From a virus: a stretch of DNA of 45,776 bases. The translations under genes and the position numbers were made by a program. Position 1 is the first letter of the stretch. The number at the start of each line of letters is the position of its first letter. The notes beneath the pieces are model-generated. The model made no database searches, had not been told where the DNA came from, and saw nothing but the letters and a program-made list of their open reading frames with translations. Location of the stretch: positions 1-45,776 of IMG/VR virus record IMGVR_UViG_3300037247_000151; one strand, 5' to 3'. This document shows positions 1-6,764 of this stretch, in pieces.

Positions 1-127
1 CCCGAAGCAAGCCCTTGCTCTATCGCAGATTTATAGCGGCTGTTAGGCGTGTAGGGGGAGAAGTATTTATCGTTTGCTTCTCTTACCGTGTTGACTCCCA
101 TCTTTTCTTTGCGCCAATAGTGATTGA
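1..127. repeat. Terminal direct repeat, identical to 45650..45776 (circular-assembly overlap or terminal redundancy)
   Basis: cccgaagcaagccc...gccaatagtgattga occurs at both window ends with a constant offset of 45,649 bp. Confidence 0.95.
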
Positions 128-182
128 AGTAGAACTCTATATCGCCTTCTTTAATTATTTTGTCGCTTACGTTATATTTCAT
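1..182 (-). CDS. 5' part of the junction-spanning hypothetical gene (continues at 45385..45776)
   Basis: ATG at 182 preceded by GAGAGGAGAA. It is in frame (27 codons) with the Met that the ORF track places at 45750 (= position 101). Confidence 0.6.
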   Translation of the reverse strand, partial: MKYNVSDKIIKEGDIEFYFNHYWRKEKMGVNTVREANDKYFSPYTPNSRYKSAIEQGLAS

Positions 183-199
183 ACCATTCTCCTCTCTTT

Positions 200-241
200 G
201 TTGAGCTTCAGCTCAATAATGCGCGCCAGCATCATATCGCC
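200..241 (+). repeat. Intergenic element (IGE) copy
   Basis: GTTGAGCTTCAGCTCAATAATGCGCGCCAGCATCATATCGCC, between the stop at 248 and the SD of the gene starting at 182. Confidence 0.75.
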
Positions 242-247
242 TACTCT

Positions 248-571
248 CTACCTCCATTTATTATAGTACAAGTCTTCTTCGTTCCAGTCGTCGTACTGTG
301 ACATTAAATATTCTCTGAATCGCTTTTTGTGTCGTTCTCGCAGGTTTACGTCTTTGTTGTAACCGTTGTCGTATTCGTGGTGACAGGTGTCGCACCCACA
401 CGCTCCGTTTTGTTCTATCCCTAGACCCCCATCAGACCGTGGTATGTAGTGCATGTTAGGTGCGCCCTGCCTTATCCCGCATAAAACGCATGTGTTTTGA
501 TCGCGTTCCTCTATGTCGTCTCGGACGGATTGAGAGAACTCACATGCTTTGCTTCGCTTACTCTTTGCCAT
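248..571 (-). CDS. Cys/His-rich HNH-like (beta-beta-alpha-Me) zinc-finger protein
   Basis: CVLCG...MHYIPRSDGG...NGACGCDTCHHEYDNG resembles the HNH nuclease core. Confidence 0.5.
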   Translation of the reverse strand: MAKSKRSKACEFSQSVRDDIEERDQNTCVLCGIRQGAPNMHYIPRSDGGLGIEQNGACGCDTCHHEYDNGYNKDVNLRERHKKRFREYLMSQYDDWNEEDLYYNKWR

Positions 572-577
572 AATATG

Positions 578-985
578 TCAGAACGGCATCTGTTCGTCGT
601 CGAGTGGCTCAAAGTCGCTCTTCTCGTCTTCAAAAAGCTCTGTTTGCTGTGGCTTGTTCTTTGGCGGTTCGCTCATGTGTTCGCCTTTTGGTGTCAAGAA
701 CTCAAAGTCTTCAACGATTAAATCTGTTGTGTATCGCTTGATGCCGTCCTTCTCATAGCTGCCGGTTTGAATGTACCCTGTAATTGCTATCTTATTACCT
801 TTTTTCATGTACTGACCGATTAGTTCTGCTGATTTTCTCCATGCTGTGACAGATATAAAATCGGTTTCGTCTTTTTTAAAAGGTCTTGTGACAGCGACGG
901 TGAACCGGCATACCGATATTCCCGATGCAGTTGTATTGACCTCTGGAGTCTTGCACACATTTCCAATTATAAAACATTTATTCAA
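578..985 (-). CDS. ssb: Single-stranded DNA-binding protein
   Basis: OB-fold N-terminus MNKCFIIGNV...TAWRK and acidic C-terminal tail DDEQMPF. Confidence 0.9.
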   Translation of the reverse strand: MNKCFIIGNVCKTPEVNTTASGISVCRFTVAVTRPFKKDETDFISVTAWRKSAELIGQYMKKGNKIAITGYIQTGSYEKDGIKRYTTDLIVEDFEFLTPKGEHMSEPPKNKPQQTELFEDEKSDFEPLDDEQMPF

Positions 986-1437
986 TTTAAACCCCTCCTT
1001 AAATTGTGGTATGCGGAATGTTCTCCGTGTCCCATAATTTGTAGATTTTCTATTCGGTTGTCTTTCTTGTTCTCGTTAACGTGATGGACTCTCTCTTCGT
1101 CATTTAAAGCTCTTCCCAAGTGATTGCTCATTACAAACCGATGCTCCATAACCAGTCCGTGTTTAGAAGCATTAGGGTGGTTGGGCTTATACAGCATTAT
1201 ATACCCCTTCGGTGTTGTTCTACGGTAGTTCTTGAAATTGCCGGAATTCGCGCCGCTTTGTGCCTTTGATCTGATTTCAAACAAGGATTTTAAGTTTTTT
1301 GATACTTTGAGCCTCGACACCTTGTGCGTTATTGCGCTAAGCGACTTCCCGTTAAAAAACTGAACGATGTCTTTCGCTCTGCGATATGGGTAAAGGAGTT
1401 CTAAAAGACTAACCTCTTCATCTGCCCACGTCTTCAT
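982..1437 (-). CDS. HNH homing-type endonuclease
   Basis: EHRFVM...VHHVNENKKDNRIENLQIMGHGEHSAYH; ATGA overlap with ssb. Confidence 0.85.
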   Translation of the reverse strand: MKTWADEEVSLLELLYPYRRAKDIVQFFNGKSLSAITHKVSRLKVSKNLKSLFEIRSKAQSGANSGNFKNYRRTTPKGYIMLYKPNHPNASKHGLVMEHRFVMSNHLGRALNDEERVHHVNENKKDNRIENLQIMGHGEHSAYHNLRRGLN

Positions 1438-1802
1438 TTTTTATCCTCCCCATTAATCATATTAAGGAAATAACCATAGTTTGGCGTTCCTATAAAATCA
1501 AAATGCACTTGCGTAACGACGGTAGATTCTTTCACATCACCGTAAATGTCGCTCATCACGTCTATCAACTCTTGTCGGTTGGCATACCCTTCAACCTTTG
1601 CGTCGTTATCCGTAACATCAGCAATCGTTTTTTCTTCTAGCGACTTTACGTCAATTAGTACGCAGTTTCTTCCTTTGTCCCCGATTAAAACCGTGTTCCC
1701 AAGAGGGTAGTCTCTTTTGCCTTTTCTTAGAGTGGCAACCTTGATGCCATTGCGCACATCGTCAAACATCATCTCTCTAAGTTCTATGATTATCTTGTTC
1801 AT
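1434..1802 (-). CDS. ASCH-domain protein
   Basis: FDDVRNGIKVATLRKGKRDYPLG...AKVEGYANRQEL pattern typical of ASCH. Confidence 0.55.
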   Translation of the reverse strand: MNKIIIELREMMFDDVRNGIKVATLRKGKRDYPLGNTVLIGDKGRNCVLIDVKSLEEKTIADVTDNDAKVEGYANRQELIDVMSDIYGDVKESTVVTQVHFDFIGTPNYGYFLNMINGEDKK

Positions 1803-2410
1803 TGTGTACCTTCTTTCTTTAGACGCTTGTTGATTTTAGTTACTTCTGTAAGCATTTCTTTTGTTGTCGATTTTATTACGGTTTTTCCAGTACGTTCTAA
1901 ATACTTATTCTCTACTTCATCGACTTCTTTAAACCCCATCTTTGCGTAAGCAGCGTATAGTTTTGTTTCGGCATCTGCCCAATCTTTTTTGTCTTGTTCA
2001 GGATTGAATAGATGCTCTGCGCTAGTTACTTGATCGGGATCGTCGTTTGATGGGACAGCAAAGGTTCTCCACAAAAGATACTTGTATGCGTAGCTTGATG
2101 CTTTACCACTGCCCTTGTCCGTGCCGTCGTGTCCTTGACCGCTTGACATCAAATCTATGAACTCTTCGGGTTTTTCTGTATTCAACAACCGATATGTGTA
2201 GATGCCACGAGTAACTTTTTCAACCTTGGTTTCTTCGACCTTGATTGGAAATAACACTAGCTTATACTCTATTAGTTTCTCTCTAAAGATTTGCGTGGTC
2301 TTCGCTTCCGATAAAAACTTGTACTTCGTAGAGCCGAACTCTGCTTTGCCGTCTTTTTTTAAATGTTCAACTTCGCTCATTATCTTGTGTATCTTCTCGT
2401 ATATGTTCAT
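1799..2410 (-). CDS. ERF-family single-strand annealing protein
   Basis: IMSEVEHLKKDGK...YKFLSEA...GKASSYAYKYLLWRTFAVPSNDDPD matches the ERF pattern; adjacent to ssb. Confidence 0.7.
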   Translation of the reverse strand: MNIYEKIHKIMSEVEHLKKDGKAEFGSTKYKFLSEAKTTQIFREKLIEYKLVLFPIKVEETKVEKVTRGIYTYRLLNTEKPEEFIDLMSSGQGHDGTDKGSGKASSYAYKYLLWRTFAVPSNDDPDQVTSAEHLFNPEQDKKDWADAETKLYAAYAKMGFKEVDEVENKYLERTGKTVIKSTTKEMLTEVTKINKRLKKEGTQ

Positions 2411-2423
2411 TTCACTTCTCCTT

Positions 2424-2726
2424 TCATGTGTAAGTTTTATTGTCCTTTTTCTCTGCTGCTATAATTGCTTGTGCGCTGTCCGATGTGCCTGCCGCTACAC
2501 GGAACAAATTGATTTGCATTTTAAGGCTTCCAACCTCGGCACGTAAAGCGTAGATTATTCTGTTAAGCTCTCTGACTTCTTCCTCTGCTTTCTCTGAATC
2601 CTCCAAAGCTATTCTAGTTAATTCTTCTTCGAGGTTTCCGTAGGTGTAGTGTACGCACATGTTCCCTCTTGCTATTATGTTGCAGTGACCGTCTTCTATG
2701 GTTATACAGTTAGTACATTTACTCAT
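2424..2726 (-). CDS. Hypothetical protein (Cys-rich N-terminus, coiled-coil C-terminus)
   Basis: ORF with AAGGAGAA SD. Confidence 0.6.
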   Translation of the reverse strand: MSKCTNCITIEDGHCNIIARGNMCVHYTYGNLEEELTRIALEDSEKAEEEVRELNRIIYALRAEVGSLKMQINLFRVAAGTSDSAQAIIAAEKKDNKTYT

Positions 2727-2742
2727 GGTTTTCTCCTTCCTT

Positions 2743-2783
2743 GTCGCTATTATGCTGACGCTACCTATTTCGCTACGCTCAAC
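2743..2783 (-). repeat. IGE copy
   Basis: Minus strand reads GTTGAGCGTAGCGAAATAGGTAGCGTCAGCATAATAGCGAC. Its TGA is the stop of 2779..3111. Confidence 0.8.
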
Positions 2784-3111
2784 CCTTTACAACCTTCACG
2801 TCATATCCTAGCTCTTTGGAAATTTGCTCTACTGTCATTTCTTTTGTTTTTTTGCTTTTCATGCCTCGTTCTCCAATTATGTAAGTCTGCCTGTTCCCGT
2901 CTTGTATTAAATAAACTAGCGTAGAGTCATAAATTCCGTGTGGTGCTGAAAAAAGAACCACAAAATCGTTGCCGCGCCTCCGTGATACATCAAGCTCTCT
3001 TCTGTTTTCCCAATCGCTTATACAAAGATTATGCTTTCCGAAAAAAGCATCCCATGTACTGTAAAGATACCCACCATCAACAACCTCAACGTGCTCTCCT
3101 ATTTTAAACAT
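2779..3111 (-). CDS. Hypothetical protein sharing a C-terminal tail with 3111..3803
   Basis: Ends KEMTVEQISKELGYDVKVVKG; TAATG overlap with the upstream gene. Confidence 0.7.
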   Translation of the reverse strand: MFKIGEHVEVVDGGYLYSTWDAFFGKHNLCISDWENRRELDVSRRRGNDFVVLFSAPHGIYDSTLVYLIQDGNRQTYIIGERGMKSKKTKEMTVEQISKELGYDVKVVKG

Positions 3112-3803
3112 TATTTTACCACCTTTACTTCGTACCCTAGCTTTTCAGAGATTTCAGCCACGGTCATTTCTTTTGTTTCTTCTCTTGTCCATATAGGCTC
3201 ATAGACTTTCATAATGTCGCAGTCGCTACCAACCGAGCTTGTAAGGTCGTCTTTTTTATATCGTATGTCTGTACTATCCAACTTTACCAACGAACCACAT
3301 CTGTACTCTACTACCATGCCCTCTTTCAAATCACTCTTTGTCATTTCTTTTTCCCCTTTATATTTTATTATTTCGTAATGCTTTCTTTCATACCACTCTA
3401 TGTTGCAGTAGTCCCCGCCGTATACCATATAGCATGTTTTTTCTTTCAAGTGTTGCCACATTGAATGTAAATTTACCGTGTTGCCATGGGGATACCCAAA
3501 CGCTTTAGCTATGTCCGAGAACTCTTTTGACCCTGCTTGTGTAGGGCAATGTACTACTTTGTTGTTGCCTACGTATTTGTCGTCAAACTCTTGTTTAGAC
3601 ATTAGTATCATTTCGTCTGTCCAATACCATTGTCCTGCATCTTCTTCCACGAGGTACCTAGTGTCGAAAAAATTAAGTGACTTTATAGTTAAGACTTTCC
3701 CTTTGTTTTTCGCCATTTCCCTTCTAAACTCACATGTAGGATAATCTTCACCACTTTTTAAATCACTTCGTATTAAAACTGTGTCGCCTTTCTTATACTT
3801 CAT
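3111..3803 (-). CDS. Hypothetical protein (230 aa from the SD-supported start)
   Basis: AAAGGAGAAAACCA-ATG at 3803. The track start at 3842 lies inside an IGE copy. Ends KEMTVAEISEKLGYEVKVVK. Confidence 0.7.
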   Translation of the reverse strand: MKYKKGDTVLIRSDLKSGEDYPTCEFRREMAKNKGKVLTIKSLNFFDTRYLVEEDAGQWYWTDEMILMSKQEFDDKYVGNNKVVHCPTQAGSKEFSDIAKAFGYPHGNTVNLHSMWQHLKEKTCYMVYGGDYCNIEWYERKHYEIIKYKGEKEMTKSDLKEGMVVEYRCGSLVKLDSTDIRYKKDDLTSSVGSDCDIMKVYEPIWTREETKEMTVAEISEKLGYEVKVVK

Positions 3804-3819
3804 TGGTTTTCTCCTTTCT

Positions 3820-3859
3820 GTCGCTTTGATGCTGACGAGCATTATTCGCTACCGCTCAC
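3820..3859 (-). repeat. IGE copy
   Basis: GTGAGCGGTAGCGAATAATGCTCGTCAGCATCAAAGCGAC. Supplies the codons VSGSE and the TAA stop of 3842..4144. Confidence 0.85.
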
Positions 3860-4144
3860 TTTTTCGTATGTCTCGTAGAATATGTCAGCTTTACAAGGAT
3901 AAAATTCGCCCTTAACGCCTTTAAGGATATAATCCCCTTCGCTTACAAGCACTTCGCCCGATAGCGTGTTTATTAATAGCCCTAGTTTGGCAGATACCTT
4001 GTGTTCGATTATCTCGCCTTTATCGTTGAGGTACACACCTTCGACAAATGCTTCTTTTGATACAAAGTCGCAAACTTCATTCCATGTGTCCCATGCAAGT
4101 TTTACCGCCTCGATTACTATTGGTATCTTTCTATATCTTCCCAT
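3842..4144 (-). CDS. Hypothetical protein
   Basis: ORF; 14-nt overlap with the XRE gene. Confidence 0.7.
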   Translation of the reverse strand: MGRYRKIPIVIEAVKLAWDTWNEVCDFVSKEAFVEGVYLNDKGEIIEHKVSAKLGLLINTLSGEVLVSEGDYILKGVKGEFYPCKADIFYETYEKVSGSE

Positions 4145-4367
4145 GCTGTTCTCCTTTCTCTCCGTTCTTTATTGCTTTGTAAAAGTCGTCTAGTGTGATT
4201 CCTAGTTTGTTGGCAAACACCGATGCTCTCTCTAGGCTTATTTTGCGGTGTCCGTTTACCATGTAAGATACGTGCTGTGTAGAACATTCAAGTTCTATTG
4301 CCATTTCTTTTAGCTTTATGTCTCGGTCTTTCATTAGTTCTTTTATCGTTGCGTTGTTGTCTATCAT
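4131..4367 (-). CDS. XRE/Cro-type helix-turn-helix regulator
   Basis: IKLKEMAIELECSTQHVSYMVNGHRKISLERASVFANKLGITLDDF is a classic HTH_3 pattern. Confidence 0.85.
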   Translation of the reverse strand: MIDNNATIKELMKDRDIKLKEMAIELECSTQHVSYMVNGHRKISLERASVFANKLGITLDDFYKAIKNGEKGEQHGKI

Positions 4368-4381
4368 GTGTTCCTCCTCTC

Positions 4382-4421
4382 TTGCGCTTTGATGTTGACG
4401 CGCTTATTCGCTAACGCTCAC
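4382..4421 (-). repeat. IGE copy
   Basis: GTGAGCGTTAGCGAATAAGCGCGTCAACATCAAAGCGCAA directly 5' of the SD AGAGGAGGAA. Confidence 0.8.
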
Positions 4422-4428
4422 TTTGAAA

Positions 4429-4752
4429 CTATCTACTTATGTGTATATCTGATTCTGGAAAATCTTTACTTGCTTGTAACAGCTCTTCTAACCAAGGTAA
4501 AAAATCATCATATGTACCCCAACCATTTTTTGCGTCAAACTTCCTATACTTAGAAGGGTTATCCTTCATGTCGGCTATGCCTTTTTCAAGATAAGGCGTT
4601 AATTCAGCCGCTTTCGTTATCCCTACTTCTTCGGGTCGCCATAAAGGTTTGTACATACCTGCTTCCTTCGCCATCATGTTTAAATTATGTGTTATGTTTT
4701 GAAAATGTACTTCTGATTCCCTTACCTCTGTAAAATAAATATCTAAGCTCAT
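4429..4752 (-). CDS. Hypothetical protein, first gene after the early promoter
   Basis: ORF with AAAGGAGATAAAGAT-ATG. Confidence 0.7.
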   Translation of the reverse strand: MSLDIYFTEVRESEVHFQNITHNLNMMAKEAGMYKPLWRPEEVGITKAAELTPYLEKGIADMKDNPSKYRKFDAKNGWGTYDDFLPWLEELLQASKDFPESDIHISR

Positions 4753-4778
4753 ATCTTTATCTCCTTTCGTCTATCTCG

Positions 4779-4807
4779 ATTCTAACACAGAACTTAAACC
4801 ATGTCAA
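4779..4807 (-). promoter_or_regulatory. Sigma-A-type early promoter
   Basis: Minus strand TTGACA-17 nt-TAGAAT with TG at the extended -10 position (gTGtTAGAAT), about 25 nt upstream of the SD of 4752. Confidence 0.8.
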
Positions 4808-4834
4808 CAGTTAGTTTCAAAGTTTATTTTAGGG

Positions 4835-4867
4835 TATAGAAATAGGGACAGCCATGGTAGCTGCCCC
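4835..4867 (-). terminator. Rho-independent terminator of the late operon
   Basis: Minus strand GGGGCAGC-uaccaug-GCUGUCCC then UAUUUCUAU. The one non-Watson-Crick pair is G-U on the minus strand but A-C on the plus strand. Confidence 0.65.
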
Positions 4868-5122
4868 CGGAAGGAAGTGTGCATCTCTGCACTAGAAAGA
4901 AGAATTGCTCGTGAGAGCTGGTGGGAATCGCAAGGTGTTACCTCTTAATCCCCATGTGCTATGCAGGTAGGTTGGCAACCCTACATCTCTTTAAGACCTA
5001 TATAGTCGCACTCCTTTGTTGGGAGTTCCTGTATAGGCGTGGCAGCTGCCTGTTCTGCCCTCTGCATAGCTTAGAAAACTACATTACGTAGCGATGGTAA
5101 ACACATAGACTACCTTAATTGA
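4868..5122. ncRNA. Candidate structured RNA/DNA element (unclassified)
   Basis: No SD-led ORF. Stems: 9-bp long-range pair 4958-4966/5062-5070 enclosing three hairpins; GTGCA/TGCAC 4879-4892; GCTC-GTGA-GAGC 4907-4918. Confidence 0.3.
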
Positions 5123-5509
5123 TTATTTCTTTGATACTGCTAGTCTTGATTCTATTAGGTTTGCAATGTAGTTTGCGGTGATGTCTGAGTTTGCGTTTAT
5201 AACACTAAGCGACCTTTCCGATATGTCTGCCATGAATATTGCAGTTGCTTGCTTCATTACGATTCTCGCTTCGGAAACCGTCAACTTCCCATCTGTGTTC
5301 ATTGCTTTAAGTCCTTCAACCACATTGACCGCCATGCCTGCTACAACGCCGTCTGCGACCTTTTCAGCTTCGTTTAGGGCTGATAGTAAGCCTTCGTTCT
5401 TTGTCTTCTCTTTAAGCCACTTAAACCCGATTCTCACAAGAGGGATTATCGCCCCTGTGAAGATGATGCCTATGATAGCTATTAAGATTTCTGTTAGATT
5501 TACTTGCAT
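5123..5509 (-). CDS. Holin, LL-H-like
   Basis: N-terminal TM segment ILIAIIGIIFTGAIIPLV followed by an amphipathic Ala/Val-rich region; last gene of the lysis block. Confidence 0.6.
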   Translation of the reverse strand: MQVNLTEILIAIIGIIFTGAIIPLVRIGFKWLKEKTKNEGLLSALNEAEKVADGVVAGMAVNVVEGLKAMNTDGKLTVSEARIVMKQATAIFMADISERSLSVINANSDITANYIANLIESRLAVSKK

Positions 5510-5543
5510 TTTATTTCTCCTTTCTTTTTCTTTATTCTATTTC

Positions 5544-5572
5544 AATATAACATACACTCTGTTACATTGCAA
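5544..5572 (-). promoter_or_regulatory. Sigma-A-type promoter upstream of the holin gene
   Basis: Minus strand TTGCAA-17 nt-TATATT. Confidence 0.55.
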
Positions 5573-5573
5573 A

Positions 5574-6428
5574 TTATTGTGTTATATTCTTAGTGCTTCT
5601 AAAATAATCTCTTCCCATAGGAATAAATTCAGCGTGCTCCGAATTATGGACGATGCCACAGCCTAGCGTAGGTCTATACTTTGAGTGTTTACCATATGCA
5701 AAAGCATAAGCGTCAATGTCGATGCCACAACCTACGTTAAGACCAAATATAATGTTTCGGTTGTTTGCTGAATATTTGCACCCGCCAAACGAATGAGAAT
5801 GTCCTATTACAGTAGACATGCGTTCTTGTAAAGCTGCGTTCATAGCACCGTCTTTACCCAAACAGTTAATTCCGTGTTTGTACAAGACACCTTCAACAAA
5901 AACCTCGTCATTTTGTATTTCCCAACCTACAGGAGGGTTATAAAGTTCTCTTATTGATTTAAGATAAACTTCGTCCATTCCTACAGAAGCCGCAAGTTGT
6001 TCTGGTCTTTTGTCGTGATTGCCTAATATCCATATTGCTTCTGGAAACTCGTTGTAATACCTTTGCACGTTTATGTACGCATTGCTATACTCTGTCCTTG
6101 ATGAGTCAGCGCACGTTTCGTTAATAAACCTTGAAAGTGCGTGATGGTCAACCAGGTCTCCTACAAATATAATAGTTTCGCACCCATTTTTTTTAAAAGT
6201 GTCTTTTAGGAAGGTGATGTAGTTAGGGTGGTCAAAAGGAGCATGTATGTCACCTGCTATTCCGACAGCTCCACGTTTACGTCTACGCATTGACGGTGGT
6301 TTTTCATCAAAGTGTTTTCGCACTATGCTTCTGGGTAAGCCTATTATTCGTGCTATTTCGTCTATGGCGAATTTCTGCGCTCTTAATTCATCAGCTCTTA
6401 GCCACTCCATATATGCACCTTCTTTCAT
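5574..6428 (-). CDS. Calcineurin-like metallophosphoesterase with N-terminal HTH-like segment
   Basis: GDIHAPFDHP, GDLVDH, GNHD and GHSH motifs. The SD-supported start may be Met7 (6410). Confidence 0.85.
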   Translation of the reverse strand: MKEGAYMEWLRADELRAQKFAIDEIARIIGLPRSIVRKHFDEKPPSMRRRKRGAVGIAGDIHAPFDHPNYITFLKDTFKKNGCETIIFVGDLVDHHALSRFINETCADSSRTEYSNAYINVQRYYNEFPEAIWILGNHDKRPEQLAASVGMDEVYLKSIRELYNPPVGWEIQNDEVFVEGVLYKHGINCLGKDGAMNAALQERMSTVIGHSHSFGGCKYSANNRNIIFGLNVGCGIDIDAYAFAYGKHSKYRPTLGCGIVHNSEHAEFIPMGRDYFRSTKNITQ

Positions 6429-6433
6429 ATTTT

Positions 6434-6462
6434 AGCATACACTATATAGCGTTTCTTGTCAA
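6434..6462 (-). promoter_or_regulatory. Sigma-A-type promoter upstream of the phosphoesterase gene
   Basis: Minus strand TTGACA-17 nt-TATGCT. The -10 box ends 5 nt before the ATG at 6428. Confidence 0.55.
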
Positions 6463-6746
6463 ATCTTAAACTCTGTCTTGTCGTTCCTGTACTCTCGCAT
6501 TAGCTTGTCAGCATCTTCAAACGCGCCATTTACCTCGCCTGTTTTGACTTTGACCATAATAGCGTGGGTACAAGGGATAAGCACTTGCATACCCCTGTTC
6601 AAATGAAAAACGTTTTCTTTTAAGTCTTGCAAATCCGTTACTCTTTTTTGATGCCTCTTATACATTTTCATTACTCCTATAAATATTCCTGTTATTGCCG
6701 CTACCGTCAGCGGTATGCCTACCCCTAAAATTATATCGTTTGTCAT
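6459..6746 (-). CDS. Small membrane protein (holin/antiholin candidate)
   Basis: Single N-terminal TM segment ILGVGIPLTVAAITGIFIGVM; directly downstream of the endolysin gene. Confidence 0.5.
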   Translation of the reverse strand: MTNDIILGVGIPLTVAAITGIFIGVMKMYKRHQKRVTDLQDLKENVFHLNRGMQVLIPCTHAIMVKVKTGEVNGAFEDADKLMREYRNDKTEFKI

Positions 6747-6764
6747 TTGTATGCTCCTTGCTGT

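Noticed and set aside
15-266. 83-aa plus-strand ORF at the window start
   Set aside because: It is antisense to the junction-spanning gene, runs through an IGE copy, and has no SD.
3804-3842. N-terminal ORF extensions that start inside IGE copies (also 40722-40769, 43008-43058, 31466-31594, 35122-35301)
   Set aside because: Each has no SD. In each case a downstream in-frame or coupled ATG carries a strong AAGGAG-type SD. The extensions simply translate the repeated element (MLVSIK…, MLTCIIS…).
4131-4367. A lysogeny module (repressor/integrase) implying a temperate phage
   Set aside because: Only small Cro/XRE- and excisionase-type HTH proteins are present. I recognised no integrase, recombinase, CI-length repressor, ParAB or telomerase genes. 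Lifestyle remains undetermined.
4958-5070. Cloverleaf-like four-way junction as a tRNA or tRNA-like gene
   Set aside because: It is 113 nt long. There is no GTTCRANYC T-loop on either strand. The 7-nt loop TTTGTTG lacks the purine at position 37. The stem lengths do not fit a tRNA.
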